Virus record (IMG/VR): IMGVR_UViG_3300025276_000001
Location: 32,001-96,000 of that record
DNA: 64,000 nucleotides
Reading direction: 5' to 3' (one strand)
DNA from: a virus
Positions 47,578 to 57,509 of this stretch are shown one piece after another (the first letter of the stretch is position 1; every line of letters begins with the position of its first letter). The notes under the pieces are model-generated. The model saw nothing but the letters and a program-made list of their open reading frames with translations. It ran no database searches and was not told where the DNA came from. Made by a program: the position numbers and the translations under genes.

Positions 47578-47602
47578 AAAGTCAATAAGTATATTTCTAG
47601 CT

Positions 47603-48022
47603 TTACTGACCTGGTACTATAAGTTTAGATACTTTAGTTTCTTCTACATCAACAAAGAATTCTTCAACTGAAAAGTCTTCTGCATTTACTGCAAACATAT
47701 GAATGAAAGTGTCAATATCTTTTCTATCATTTAAATAAAACTCAGAAAATGTATCTACAAGCCTTCTTTCTTCCTTAACAGTCTTACCTGTCTGTGGGTT
47801 TGGAGCTTTTAATTTTTGTGGTTGACCTGATTCATCTAGTTTAGGAACCATGTGGTAAGATTGTTTCATAACCTTACTGATTACAGCTAAGATGCTTGAT
47901 GATGGATCAAACATAGCTTCTACATATGGTGAGTCATTGCTCACTGGTATTAAAGTAAAGGATTTTACACCTCTGAAACTAGAATTAACTAGCATCATAT
48001 TTTGTCCTATTGGTTTTGACAT
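47603..48022 (-). CDS. hypothetical protein
   Basis: 139-aa ORF with its own TAnnTTTG promoter and a downstream terminator. Confidence 0.75.
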   Translation of the reverse strand: MSKPIGQNMMLVNSSFRGVKSFTLIPVSNDSPYVEAMFDPSSSILAVISKVMKQSYHMVPKLDESGQPQKLKAPNPQTGKTVKEERRLVDTFSEFYLNDRKDIDTFIHMFAVNAEDFSVEEFFVDVEETKVSKLIVPGQ

Positions 48023-48033
48023 AATGTTCTTTT

Positions 48034-48612
48034 TTATTTTTCCAAATATATGGAGTTCTTTATTAATAGACTATTTAATATTTCATTATTTTCATGAAAT
48101 GTTTCTTTATCTAAATCTGGTATACTGCATACTTCATATACACTAATTATATATTCTATCTCTACTCCTAATGCTTCTGCATAATCTTCATGCGCATCAT
48201 CAGGTGATAAGAAGGAAGTAATATAGTGTAACATGTTACCTGCTGAACTAAAGAAATCCAAGATTGTTATCTTAGACTCTAAACTGAATTGAGAATAGCT
48301 GCCCTTTATAAATCTATTGAAATCATTCTTATAACTTGTAAAGTCAAATATAAATAAATGTTTGTTGTTTCCAAGATCCATATACTTATGAAATAATTTA
48401 TGACTTTTTAAGTATCTATCACAGAATGCTATAAACTTATCTGTTTTCTTAGCATGGTATTCACATAACAACATGTGTTCTCCTGCAGCATATACATGCT
48501 CCCAACAAACATAAGTTTGTATGGGAACATAAGCAATGCCTTTTCTAAGTTTTAACAGAGGGTAAAGAAAAACTTTACTCTTTTGAAAATAGTCTGTGTA
48601 CACTCCTTCCAT
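48034..48612 (-). CDS. hypothetical protein
   Basis: 192-aa ORF packed in the operon after the exonuclease. Confidence 0.7.
   Translation of the reverse strand: MEGVYTDYFQKSKVFLYPLLKLRKGIAYVPIQTYVCWEHVYAAGEHMLLCEYHAKKTDKFIAFCDRYLKSHKLFHKYMDLGNNKHLFIFDFTSYKNDFNRFIKGSYSQFSLESKITILDFFSSAGNMLHYITSFLSPDDAHEDYAEALGVEIEYIISVYEVCSIPDLDKETFHENNEILNSLLIKNSIYLEK
48043..48050 (-). promoter_or_regulatory. Bacteroidota -7 element TATATTTG
   Basis: TAnnTTTG 20 nt upstream of ATG 48022. Confidence 0.5.
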
Positions 48613-48613
48613 A

Positions 48614-49600
48614 TTATAATTTAATGTTTCCTACTAGAAAATCATAAGGTAGCTGATAGTTTCTTTCTTTATAATGATAGCTTGCAACTTTTATAACTCC
48701 CTCAAGACCATCAGCCCAACCAGCTAAAGTCTCATCAGTAACATCAAATACATAAACTTGTTTGTATGTATCTATTACTACAAACTTAAATTTAATACTG
48801 TACTCTTCTGCTTTATCACCTAACGTATCATAAACTAATTTACAATATATAGCCGCTTGCAGCCAGTAATTATAAAAGTCTATAGTCTCCCGGAAATCAG
48901 AAATAGTTTTACCTGTAGTCTTAAGGTCACAGATAACAACTTCTTTCTTATCATGGTTTACTTTATAGAAATCTATATAACCATGTAATCCAAAATCATT
49001 GCCTGCTAGTTCAGACTTTAGATAATCTTCTGCATGAGTCTCTATTGGATCTAATTCAAAGTCTGTTTTCTGTTCAGTAAATAAAGACATTACATCTTTG
49101 TTTTCTTTTATAGTCTCAACCATTTCTGTACACTTAGCAACAGTATCTTGATCTACAACATCAACGTTTGTATTAGATAAGAACTTCCAATAAGGTGCAT
49201 TATCCTCAGTAATAACTTTCTTTAGTCTTTGTTCATCTGTTTTAAGAGACTGGAAAAGATTTAAAGTTTTTAATGATTCTAAGGCCTGTATCTCACATAG
49301 ATCTAATGTTTCTGCATTAGTATGAATAGACATGTCTTTCATTACTTTTCTAATATTATCACTTGGTGCTTTACCAGGTATAATATTAAACTTTTCAGCT
49401 ACTTTCTCTGGTTCAAACAATAAGCAATGTACAAGCTTTCCTTCTACAAGGTGTTTGTCTGTTCTGACTTCACGGTCAAACAGTATATATTCTTTATAAA
49501 ATAAAGATGGTGAAAACAATAATTTATTCAAAGAAGAGTAACTAAAACAAAAGTCTTTTTTTGCATAGAATACTTCTTCTTTACTCTGGTTTTTTTTCAT
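48614..49600 (-). CDS. PD-(D/E)xK exonuclease (RecB/Cas4-like)
   Basis: SYSSLN, GKLVHCLL, HGYIDF...ICDLKTT, YWLQAAIY. Confidence 0.85.
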   Translation of the reverse strand: MKKNQSKEEVFYAKKDFCFSYSSLNKLLFSPSLFYKEYILFDREVRTDKHLVEGKLVHCLLFEPEKVAEKFNIIPGKAPSDNIRKVMKDMSIHTNAETLDLCEIQALESLKTLNLFQSLKTDEQRLKKVITEDNAPYWKFLSNTNVDVVDQDTVAKCTEMVETIKENKDVMSLFTEQKTDFELDPIETHAEDYLKSELAGNDFGLHGYIDFYKVNHDKKEVVICDLKTTGKTISDFRETIDFYNYWLQAAIYCKLVYDTLGDKAEEYSIKFKFVVIDTYKQVYVFDVTDETLAGWADGLEGVIKVASYHYKERNYQLPYDFLVGNIKL

Positions 49601-49742
49601 TAGATTTAATTAAGTTATCAATTATGTCTAGCTGCTGCTGAAGTTTTTGGATTTGTAATTTAACTTCATTTGACGGAGCTTTCTGTTTATATAGTAAAAT
49701 TGTCTCTGATATCACTTTCTTCATGTCTGATTTCTTGCTCAT
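49581..49742 (-). CDS. 53-aa coiled-coil microprotein (not in ORF track)
   Basis: MSKKSDMKKVISETILLYKQKAPSNEVKLQIQKLQQQLDIIDNLIKSNEKKPE; bridges the gap between flanking genes. Confidence 0.5.
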   Translation of the reverse strand: MSKKSDMKKVISETILLYKQKAPSNEVKLQIQKLQQQLDIIDNLIKSNEKKPE

Positions 49743-50892
49743 CTGTTTCTTTTTTAATTATGTTATCTGTTAATGTATCTTTTAATTTTACACTATCCAA
49801 GCTAATAGAGAAAACATTAGCATTATTACCACCTATATCACGTAAAACTTCATGGTATAACTTTTCTCTAGTGTTGTCTAATGCAAACTTAGTTAATTTT
49901 TTATCTTCAATTAGACATTCTATGTAGTTATTATAAGCATATATCATTGTAGCATTACATCCGCCTTGATACTTCTTAAGCCTTTTTCTTAAAGCTTTAA
50001 CATTAACCGTATTCCAATTACTGGTGTCTTTTAACCAATCAAAATACCAGTAAAACACATGAGATACAATATCAAAAGACTTATCAATATTACAGTTAGC
50101 AAGCATTTCTAATGCTAGGGTCCTGTTCTCTTTACCATCATTTTTTACCATTTTAACTATGGTGTCAAGTTCAGTATTTTCTAGCACTGCTAATTGTTCA
50201 TCTATTATATTAATAATATCTGTATCATAAACAATTATTGCTTTAGAATTTACAATATTATTGTAATTTACTACATTAACTTGATGAAGTATAATATCTC
50301 TACTATTAGTATCATCACTTACAAAGAGTTTTTCCTTTAACACTTGAAAAACATTTCTAAGATTATCTTCTGCAGTACTATTACGACTGTAATTATAAGG
50401 AAAATCAAGTTTAATCATAGCATCTGGCCCCATATCATGAAGCATTTCTCTACACTTTGATAATCCACTTTCTGATATAAAATCTTTTTCTTTGGCCTCT
50501 TGTAAGAGTTTTATCAAAAGACTTACTTTAACAGAAGTATTCCATTCATAATCAAATAAGTTATCAAATAGTTGATCTGATACTACATTTATATCTGCTT
50601 TATTAATATCTCTTATGACTTTACAATTATACTTTTCCTTTAGTAAATCCACCTTTTGTCTAGGTAGATCTAATTTAGGAAACCTATACAAAGTTTTGTC
50701 TTGTACAGTGAAAGCTTTAGCAGGTGTAAAAGATATACCTAACTTTGCTTTATCTTTATCATCTAAGTTATAATTATCACTACTACCCATCCAATAGCCT
50801 TTAGATTCATGATTAAAAGCATTATCATTTAACTTACCATTTATGAATGTCTCAGTATTAATACTTATGGATACGTTATATTTTTTCTTCAT
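49687..50892 (-). CDS. hypothetical protein with BRCT-like segment (paralogue 2)
   Basis: LYRFPKLDLPRQKVDLLKEKYNCKVIRDINKADINV; paralogous to the adjacent gene. Confidence 0.65.
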   Translation of the reverse strand: MKKKYNVSISINTETFINGKLNDNAFNHESKGYWMGSSDNYNLDDKDKAKLGISFTPAKAFTVQDKTLYRFPKLDLPRQKVDLLKEKYNCKVIRDINKADINVVSDQLFDNLFDYEWNTSVKVSLLIKLLQEAKEKDFISESGLSKCREMLHDMGPDAMIKLDFPYNYSRNSTAEDNLRNVFQVLKEKLFVSDDTNSRDIILHQVNVVNYNNIVNSKAIIVYDTDIINIIDEQLAVLENTELDTIVKMVKNDGKENRTLALEMLANCNIDKSFDIVSHVFYWYFDWLKDTSNWNTVNVKALRKRLKKYQGGCNATMIYAYNNYIECLIEDKKLTKFALDNTREKLYHEVLRDIGGNNANVFSISLDSVKLKDTLTDNIIKKETDEQEIRHEESDIRDNFTI

Positions 50893-51937
50893 TAGTTTTT
50901 GTTTTATTAGTTAAATACTGTAAGTATTCTTTTTTTACAGATACTTTAAATGTATAAAGATCTCTATTTTGTATCCTTATCTCTTGTCTTACTATAGGTT
51001 CTAAGTATTTAAAAGTTGTTTGACACAATTCTTTTTTCTTTTCTAACCATAGTATCATGCCTTGTGCAGACAATCTAGTGAACTGATCAAAGTTTGATTC
51101 TTTTAACCAAAACTGGATATCTTTGTCTCTATTATAATTCCACATGTTATTCTCACAATCCTGAGCAAATTGCCACAGTAAATGATAGTTCTTTGTATAA
51201 TCTATACAAGGAATAATCTTAGCAGCCATAGCTTTATTCTCATCACCATAAGCATTTAACTGTTTCTTTAAATCAACCAGCAACTCTTCATCCATAATCA
51301 TCTTTGTAGATGAACTATGTAATACAGTTTCTGGATCTATAACACTTACTTCAGTAGTATCAATTATATGCGCTAGATTAAGAGCCATACCTGTAATCAT
51401 CCACTCATCATAAAGACTGGTAATTATATTAAAATCATAATATCTGATATTCTCAGTTATCTTAGATGTTAATATTACATTACCGTGCTTCTTAATAAGT
51501 TGATTAATAGGACTAGTAGAGCTTGTTGCTCCATCAGTAGTTTCATAGTTCCATAACTTTGCTAACATTATAGAAGTCATTATTGGATCAGCATTTTCAA
51601 ACCTTCTTTCAATACCCTCATGACCTACTATAAGATCTGCTTTAGTGTAATCATTTGTAACGGTAATACCATGCTCTTTTAAAGCAGCTTTTAATCTATC
51701 TTGTGATACTTCACATCTAGGTAAAATGAATGCTTTCTTTTTTGTTATAAACGTACTCCCTGATTCAGTTGGTACTGATAAAGACCTTGTTATTTTTTCA
51801 TATGTTGTTTGGTCTTGAGTACACAATACATCTTCTACTACAGAACCAACAAGAACTCCCATTAAAGGAGCTCCTGCTAGATCATAATAGTTTAATGCAG
51901 TAGTATCAAAACTTTGATAAACTGATTTATTTGCCAT
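50876..51937 (-). CDS. hypothetical protein with BRCT-like segment (paralogue 1)
   Basis: AFILPRCEVSQDRLKAALKEHGITVTNDYTKADLIV. Confidence 0.65.
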   Translation of the reverse strand: MANKSVYQSFDTTALNYYDLAGAPLMGVLVGSVVEDVLCTQDQTTYEKITRSLSVPTESGSTFITKKKAFILPRCEVSQDRLKAALKEHGITVTNDYTKADLIVGHEGIERRFENADPIMTSIMLAKLWNYETTDGATSSTSPINQLIKKHGNVILTSKITENIRYYDFNIITSLYDEWMITGMALNLAHIIDTTEVSVIDPETVLHSSSTKMIMDEELLVDLKKQLNAYGDENKAMAAKIIPCIDYTKNYHLLWQFAQDCENNMWNYNRDKDIQFWLKESNFDQFTRLSAQGMILWLEKKKELCQTTFKYLEPIVRQEIRIQNRDLYTFKVSVKKEYLQYLTNKTKTNEEKI

Positions 51938-51938
51938 T

Positions 51939-53216
51939 CTATTTCATTGTCATTTTGATGATATCTGGATTCATCATCAATTTATTAAACTTAGATTTAT
52001 TACCATTAAAGATGGTTCTTATAACTAGATACTTAAGATCATTTGTAAAGTAATCTTTGGTAGCTAATGATTGTAACCTGTCTGTAATTTTAGCTGATAT
52101 AGTATTTTCTTTAGAATACACTACAGCAAAATTGGCCAAACGTGTTGCTAAAGTAGCAGCAATATCTGCCCGGTACGTGTCATCTTTACCAATACAACTA
52201 CGTAATTCACCTAGGATGTATGATTCACTTTCATGAGTTAATAGATCTTTTGGTGAAACTAACTTATCAAGTTTGTTATTAATAAATGTAGTAAACATAG
52301 AAGCAAATGCATCTCCAACTGAACCTTCACCAATCATTTGTATTAATGATAAGTTATCTTCAAACTTCTCAAAACTTGATATTGAATTAAAGAATGTTGT
52401 AATTGATCTTGCATTAGTTTCTTGTGTTACTAATTCCGGGTGTAGCAACAAGAAGTTAATACATCTTGAATCTATGCCAGCACCTTCCGCCCACTCAGCC
52501 CATACATTAACATCAAACTTAAGATTAGCAGTTACATATCTAGTTTTCTGTGCACTATCTACACTGTTAACCATATAGTCTCCGTTGTCTGGATTTGCTG
52601 TTAGCATAATATGCCAGTCTTTTGGTAATTTCCATGAGATGTAAGTCTGACGGTCTATTAATTCCATAACTGCCTGTATAAAACGTGTATCAGCTCTATT
52701 CCAGTCATCTAGTAATAATATACCACCCTCTTTAGCATCCGCAATCCATTCCGGTGCACAATAAGACATTCTGTTCTTACCTGTCATTTTGTATCCATTC
52801 TTTAGATACTCTTGTACAGCAAGTTCATCTACCCACATACCAACTTTCTTAGTAATAGTAGCAGGCATTTTAGCTAGATCAGCTGATGCTGATGCTCTTT
52901 GTGCTGCAGTATAGTTAAGATCATCAATCTTTTTCTTAGGGTTAGCAATTGTTTTTTCCTTGAACATTTGAAATTGTCTTACAGGAAACCCTACTAGGTC
53001 ACCTAACTCTTCTATCTGTGCAAGATTTAGTTTAACAAATTTTAGTTTGTTTTCTTCAGCTAATTCAACAATAGTAGAAGTTTTACCAATCCCTGATTCA
53101 CCCACTACCTCTATAGAGACAGGAGCTTTATTATTCTCTTGTAAATACCTATTATTTCTTATAATATGATTTACAAATCCTTTTAATTCTGTTACATTTA
53201 AATTTACTTGAGCCAT
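51939..53216 (-). CDS. MoxR-like AAA+ ATPase
   Basis: Walker A GESGIGKT, GDLVGFP, Walker B LLLDDWNRA, TANP, DSAQKTR. Confidence 0.88.
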   Translation of the reverse strand: MAQVNLNVTELKGFVNHIIRNNRYLQENNKAPVSIEVVGESGIGKTSTIVELAEENKLKFVKLNLAQIEELGDLVGFPVRQFQMFKEKTIANPKKKIDDLNYTAAQRASASADLAKMPATITKKVGMWVDELAVQEYLKNGYKMTGKNRMSYCAPEWIADAKEGGILLLDDWNRADTRFIQAVMELIDRQTYISWKLPKDWHIMLTANPDNGDYMVNSVDSAQKTRYVTANLKFDVNVWAEWAEGAGIDSRCINFLLLHPELVTQETNARSITTFFNSISSFEKFEDNLSLIQMIGEGSVGDAFASMFTTFINNKLDKLVSPKDLLTHESESYILGELRSCIGKDDTYRADIAATLATRLANFAVVYSKENTISAKITDRLQSLATKDYFTNDLKYLVIRTIFNGNKSKFNKLMMNPDIIKMTMK

Positions 53217-53221
53217 TTTTC

Positions 53222-54385
53222 TTAATTTAATTTGATTACTTGTCCTGGTAATTCATCATTCACTTCTGATATACTGCTTAAACACCATAAGGTATTATTT
53301 GGGCAGTTCTCAGGTGGATATGCTTCACCATCTGTTAGATATATAAGGGCAGTATATTTCCCTTTGTGTTCATTAAAATAGTCTATAACTGGTTGGAAGC
53401 TAGTCCCACCTCTACCGTGTATTTCCCAATCTTTTTTAGGATTGAATTCTTCCACAGTTCTTAATTGAGTATCACATTGTGCAACTGATATCTTATGACC
53501 TGTTTTAGTCATGTGAGATAATTCACTAAAGAATTCTTGCAACTCATCATTGTTTACAGATCCTGAAGTATCTACACCTACTAATATGTGATTTTTAAAC
53601 TTAATCTTTAAGCCTGGGCTAGCGGAGTAACGTTTGTTATACTTACGTCTTAGTTTCTTTGTATAAACTACACTTGAGTTACCTACAAATCTTCTTAGAT
53701 ATTGTTTCCAATCAAACTTAGCAGGTTCTATATGAAAGAGTCTTTCTATTAACTCTTTAAATTCACCCGGTATGTTACCTTGTTTTTTAACTGTTTGTTC
53801 TGCAGCCTCCTTAAGTTGATGTTCTACTTGTTTTTCTAATAATTTCTTATCAGGTTCTGACATGCCGTCAAATTCATCCCAAGTAGTATGATCATACTCA
53901 GTTTCTCCATTCATCTTATCCATTAGGTTATCTAATGAAGGACATGTTCCATCTTTCTGTCCTTGTTCCAAAAGATTGTAATATACTTTTGTACCTGCCT
54001 TACTAGGAAGATTTAGTTCTGGAAAACTTGACAATAATAAACCACCTTCTGGTAATCTATCACTGGATATATATTGATTAATCTCTAAATCAGCAGCTAT
54101 ATTAAATAACTTATGATCTGAATAAAGATCTCTCATGATTAAATGTCCAAATGCTATGTGCAACAGTTCATGTTTGATTAACCCTACTCTGTGGAGTAAT
54201 GGTAATCCTTCATAAAACTCTGGATTTATAGTTAACTGCATACCAATACCTTGCTTGCTTACACCTGCTGTAGGTATTTGTAAACTAAACTTCTTATTGA
54301 TACCAATCAAAAAGAGCCCGTAAAAGGGCTCATCTAAAATTAGGTCTTTAGTTGTCTTAGCAACTAAGTCTTGTATGTTCTTCAT
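53222..54385 (-). CDS. zincin metallopeptidase-vWA protein (DUF2201-like)
   Basis: HELLH and NIAADLEIN; MIDAS DTSGS, GGTSF, TDG. Confidence 0.88.
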   Translation of the reverse strand: MKNIQDLVAKTTKDLILDEPFYGLFLIGINKKFSLQIPTAGVSKQGIGMQLTINPEFYEGLPLLHRVGLIKHELLHIAFGHLIMRDLYSDHKLFNIAADLEINQYISSDRLPEGGLLLSSFPELNLPSKAGTKVYYNLLEQGQKDGTCPSLDNLMDKMNGETEYDHTTWDEFDGMSEPDKKLLEKQVEHQLKEAAEQTVKKQGNIPGEFKELIERLFHIEPAKFDWKQYLRRFVGNSSVVYTKKLRRKYNKRYSASPGLKIKFKNHILVGVDTSGSVNNDELQEFFSELSHMTKTGHKISVAQCDTQLRTVEEFNPKKDWEIHGRGGTSFQPVIDYFNEHKGKYTALIYLTDGEAYPPENCPNNTLWCLSSISEVNDELPGQVIKLN

Positions 54386-54390
54386 ATTTT

Positions 54391-54708
54391 CTAAGTCCTC
54401 ATGATTAGTATAAGTATTTGTTTATAGATATGTTTGTTTCCGTTTCTTTTGATTTCACTGTAGATGTTCCTACTAAGCAATTTTTGATAAGTATAAACAA
54501 GACCAGGATCTCCCGGCCAGTAGTTAGTCCACTTAATAAACCTTTTCCTGTTAATACCTTGTAATGATTTAACAAGCAATAGATCTAATAGAGCTTTGTC
54601 ATTATACATTAAGTTATCTAAATTGTTAATAGCAATATAATAATCTTCATCTACACCATTCAATAATTTCCTTAATGATAGGAACTCATCAATTGTGATG
54701 TTACTCAT
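54391..54708 (-). CDS. hypothetical protein
   Basis: 105-aa ORF; N-terminal helix pair resembles a motif in both BRCT-like proteins. Confidence 0.65.
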   Translation of the reverse strand: MSNITIDEFLSLRKLLNGVDEDYYIAINNLDNLMYNDKALLDLLLVKSLQGINRKRFIKWTNYWPGDPGLVYTYQKLLSRNIYSEIKRNGNKHIYKQILILIMRT

Positions 54709-55072
54709 CCTTAAGTATTTCTATCCATACACCCGGATTCTCCTTATCATAAGAGTACTGTTCAAAGGCAGGTAAAATAAATTCTGCATTATCATCTTCA
54801 ATCCATCCTGCTTTAACCATATCATCTTGCACTGTTTGTGCTGGATTTATATAGTCAAACTTATGACGACTGCCTCTGATAAATTCAAAAGATATTTTTG
54901 CTGGTAGTGAATGTTTAGCTAGCTCAGCTTTAAACTCATCTGCATATTGTGCATAATAGTCTTTAGCTACTTTTCTATAATTCATTACAGCTTTACTAGC
55001 TATAAAGTATTTACCTGTCCATCTACGGCCATTCTTACTGCTGGGCACTGAGCCCGGTATAAACCATTTCAT
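54701..55072 (-). CDS. RusA-like Holliday junction resolvase
   Basis: VPSSKN, FDYINPAQTVQDDMVKAGWIEDDN; start placed at MKWFIPG, just after the primase stop. Confidence 0.8.
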   Translation of the reverse strand: MKWFIPGSVPSSKNGRRWTGKYFIASKAVMNYRKVAKDYYAQYADEFKAELAKHSLPAKISFEFIRGSRHKFDYINPAQTVQDDMVKAGWIEDDNAEFILPAFEQYSYDKENPGVWIEILKDE

Positions 55073-55074
55073 AT

Positions 55075-56052
55075 TTATTGTTTTAGTGTTTCCTTTAGTA
55101 AAGGTTTTAACATAGCATGAACTATATCTAAACCATGCAACTTCATAGCATCTGATATGTCTTTGCATATAGTTGGTACAAAACCGTTGATTTTATATGC
55201 ATTAGCATATCTTTCTACAGCTTTGAGGCCAGCCTCATCATTATCAAAAAGAGTAATTACTTTTTTGTACTTCTTCTTTAAGTGTTCAATGACATATGGT
55301 TTAATAATAGTGTTCTCACTATCAGGTGCTACAACTTCTATATTGTATCCCATTCCTTTTAAACATAATGCATCTTTTAATGATGAACATATTACTAAAT
55401 AGGGTTGATTAAATTTTAATTGATCATATCCTTGAAGGTGAGGTTTGACTTTATGAAATTTATGCTTGCTACTCTTAGGTTGATATACTTTATATATATC
55501 ACCTGATTTATCAAAGTAACCATAAAGGCCAGTCCCTTCTATCTTCAATGCTTTAACTTGATCCGCCTCTGACTTAACTAAATTATAATATTCTATGGGT
55601 TTAACATTGTATTCTGTTAATATAGACATGCCAATTCTAAATGATAACCAAAACTTACTATCATCTTGATTCCATGGCCTAACTTTTACAAAGTCTACTT
55701 CCCACTTAGCTTCTGGTTTAAAATTTATCTCTTCAAATCCTTCTGTCTTGACATGTAGATTGTAATCTTTTACAATTCTCATAGCCGCAGCAGGGTATTC
55801 TAGATTAAACATTAACTTTACCAGGTCAACTTTATTACCATTCTTGCCTGTAGAGAAATCTTTAAACTTATATTGATTTATGTTTTTATCTACATAAATA
55901 CAAAAGCTTGGTGTTTTCTCATTAGGGTTAAATACAGAAGTTAGCTTTATATCCTGACCAGTTAGTTTCTCTGGTAGGTTCAAATAATACTGAAATACCC
56001 AATAACTAGGTATGTCAGATTCTTCAAGAACTAAATTTTTTGTATTAAACAT
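55075..56052 (-). CDS. DNA primase (TOPRIM)
   Basis: SVFNPNEKTPSF..FKDFS N-terminal domain; SSLKD, FDNDEAG, KDISD; start at MFNTK downstream of the terminator. Confidence 0.85.
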   Translation of the reverse strand: MFNTKNLVLEESDIPSYWVFQYYLNLPEKLTGQDIKLTSVFNPNEKTPSFCIYVDKNINQYKFKDFSTGKNGNKVDLVKLMFNLEYPAAAMRIVKDYNLHVKTEGFEEINFKPEAKWEVDFVKVRPWNQDDSKFWLSFRIGMSILTEYNVKPIEYYNLVKSEADQVKALKIEGTGLYGYFDKSGDIYKVYQPKSSKHKFHKVKPHLQGYDQLKFNQPYLVICSSLKDALCLKGMGYNIEVVAPDSENTIIKPYVIEHLKKKYKKVITLFDNDEAGLKAVERYANAYKINGFVPTICKDISDAMKLHGLDIVHAMLKPLLKETLKQ

Positions 56053-56068
56053 AAATGCCAAATTAAAT

Positions 56069-56099
56069 AAAAAAAAGGAGCTGACCATAAGCCAACTCC
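56069..56099 (-). terminator. intrinsic terminator after the SSB-like gene
   Basis: Minus strand GGAGTTGGC-TTATG-GTCAGCTCC followed by T8. Confidence 0.8.
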
Positions 56100-56119
56100 C
56101 TTAATTTTATATCAATTAT

Positions 56120-56794
56120 TTACAAATCAAAATCATCACCTGCTGTCTTAGCCGGTTCAAACTGATTTGTTTCTACTACAGCTTTCTTAACTGTAGGTCT
56201 GTAATGATTCTTATCATTAGGATTATATGCAATCAACCTAGAATTTTCTACTCCCAAAGCCTCAAGAGGAATTCCTGCTTTGCTCATCTTTGGTAGGTAT
56301 AAATCATTGTTCACATAACCTTCTTTGTTTTCCCACTCACGTGATCCTAAGCACATGTTTACAAATCCTGTATTAGATAGTACACCATTACAAGCAGTCA
56401 TAAACTCTTCAATAGTATTTGCTTTAATAGCATCCAACTCAGTTCTCTTACCAATTTGCTCTGATAAATATATCATTGCTTTCATAACTTCAGTATCTCT
56501 ACTAATTTCAGCACCACTTGCTAATATTGCATCTTTGTATGGGTATGGAGAGAATCTTACTCTACCAACTTGACCTGCATAACGTGGGCTGTTTGGGTTA
56601 TTTGCATCTAATAAAAATCCTTGAAATTCACCTTCTACTGGCTCACTTTCTATATGTAACATAATATTAAATGCATCCATATCATATGGTGTTACATCAA
56701 ACGTTACTGAATTGATCTTTACTACATGATTTCCTGGACCAATTACTGGTTTTTCTTTACCGCTTCCGGCTGACATTCCGCTAGTACTTAACAT
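56120..56794 (-). CDS. putative single-stranded DNA-binding protein
   Basis: PGNHVVKINSV OB-like start; acidic-aromatic tail GDDFDL; located after the Sak4-like ATPase. Confidence 0.65.
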   Translation of the reverse strand: MLSTSGMSAGSGKEKPVIGPGNHVVKINSVTFDVTPYDMDAFNIMLHIESEPVEGEFQGFLLDANNPNSPRYAGQVGRVRFSPYPYKDAILASGAEISRDTEVMKAMIYLSEQIGKRTELDAIKANTIEEFMTACNGVLSNTGFVNMCLGSREWENKEGYVNNDLYLPKMSKAGIPLEALGVENSRLIAYNPNDKNHYRPTVKKAVVETNQFEPAKTAGDDFDL

Positions 56795-56821
56795 AATTTT
56801 TGTTTTTTAATGGTTTATTAA

Positions 56822-57505
56822 TTATTCTTCATATTTTTTAATACAGTCTTTTACATACTGCAGGTTGTTTGGAATGAAGAAATCTTCAAACATACCTTGA
56901 GGTGATTTACATGTGTTCTCTCCATTGTTTTGAGTCTCAAAACCATATTCAAGTTCACCATCATCATTTTTATTTACTTTCCCAAATAATACAATTGAAA
57001 ATAGGCCTTCCAAAGTTAAAGTATTATCTATCATTTTACCTATAGTTTTAGCTTTGATTTTTCTATTTCCATTGATATCAGTTGAATCTTCTGAGTGAGT
57101 TAAGAAGATTACAGTTAAGTCATCTCTTAAATCTTTAGGCAACTTTGCCACCATGGCAAGGTTAGCTGCAATTTGAGTAAACTTATCATAACCTTTCTCT
57201 GTGGCTCTATCAAAATATTCAAAAGAACTCATATACTGCCAATCATCAACAACTAATGTTTTGATTGTTGGCCTTTTCTGATCTACATGATTTATTGCTT
57301 TTATAATACCTGCCGCAGAAGATGCTGAGGCCAAGTTACCCTGTGGATTATCCTTACTTATTAATGTGTAATTCTTTTTCCAACCCTTAAATGGTAAAGG
57401 CTTATTAGCTATGTTTATAATGAATGTTTCATCTGGATTTAAATTTCTAATTGCAGTTGACTTACCAGTTCCTGAGTCAGCAATGATTAATACACTTTGT
57501 GCCAT
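56822..57505 (-). CDS. AAA_24 / Sak4-like P-loop ATPase
   Basis: ADSGTGKST, LVVDDWQY, KTIGKM, CKSPQGMF. Confidence 0.85.
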   Translation of the reverse strand: MAQSVLIIADSGTGKSTAIRNLNPDETFIINIANKPLPFKGWKKNYTLISKDNPQGNLASASSAAGIIKAINHVDQKRPTIKTLVVDDWQYMSSFEYFDRATEKGYDKFTQIAANLAMVAKLPKDLRDDLTVIFLTHSEDSTDINGNRKIKAKTIGKMIDNTLTLEGLFSIVLFGKVNKNDDGELEYGFETQNNGENTCKSPQGMFEDFFIPNNLQYVKDCIKKYEE

Positions 57506-57509
57506 TTTA

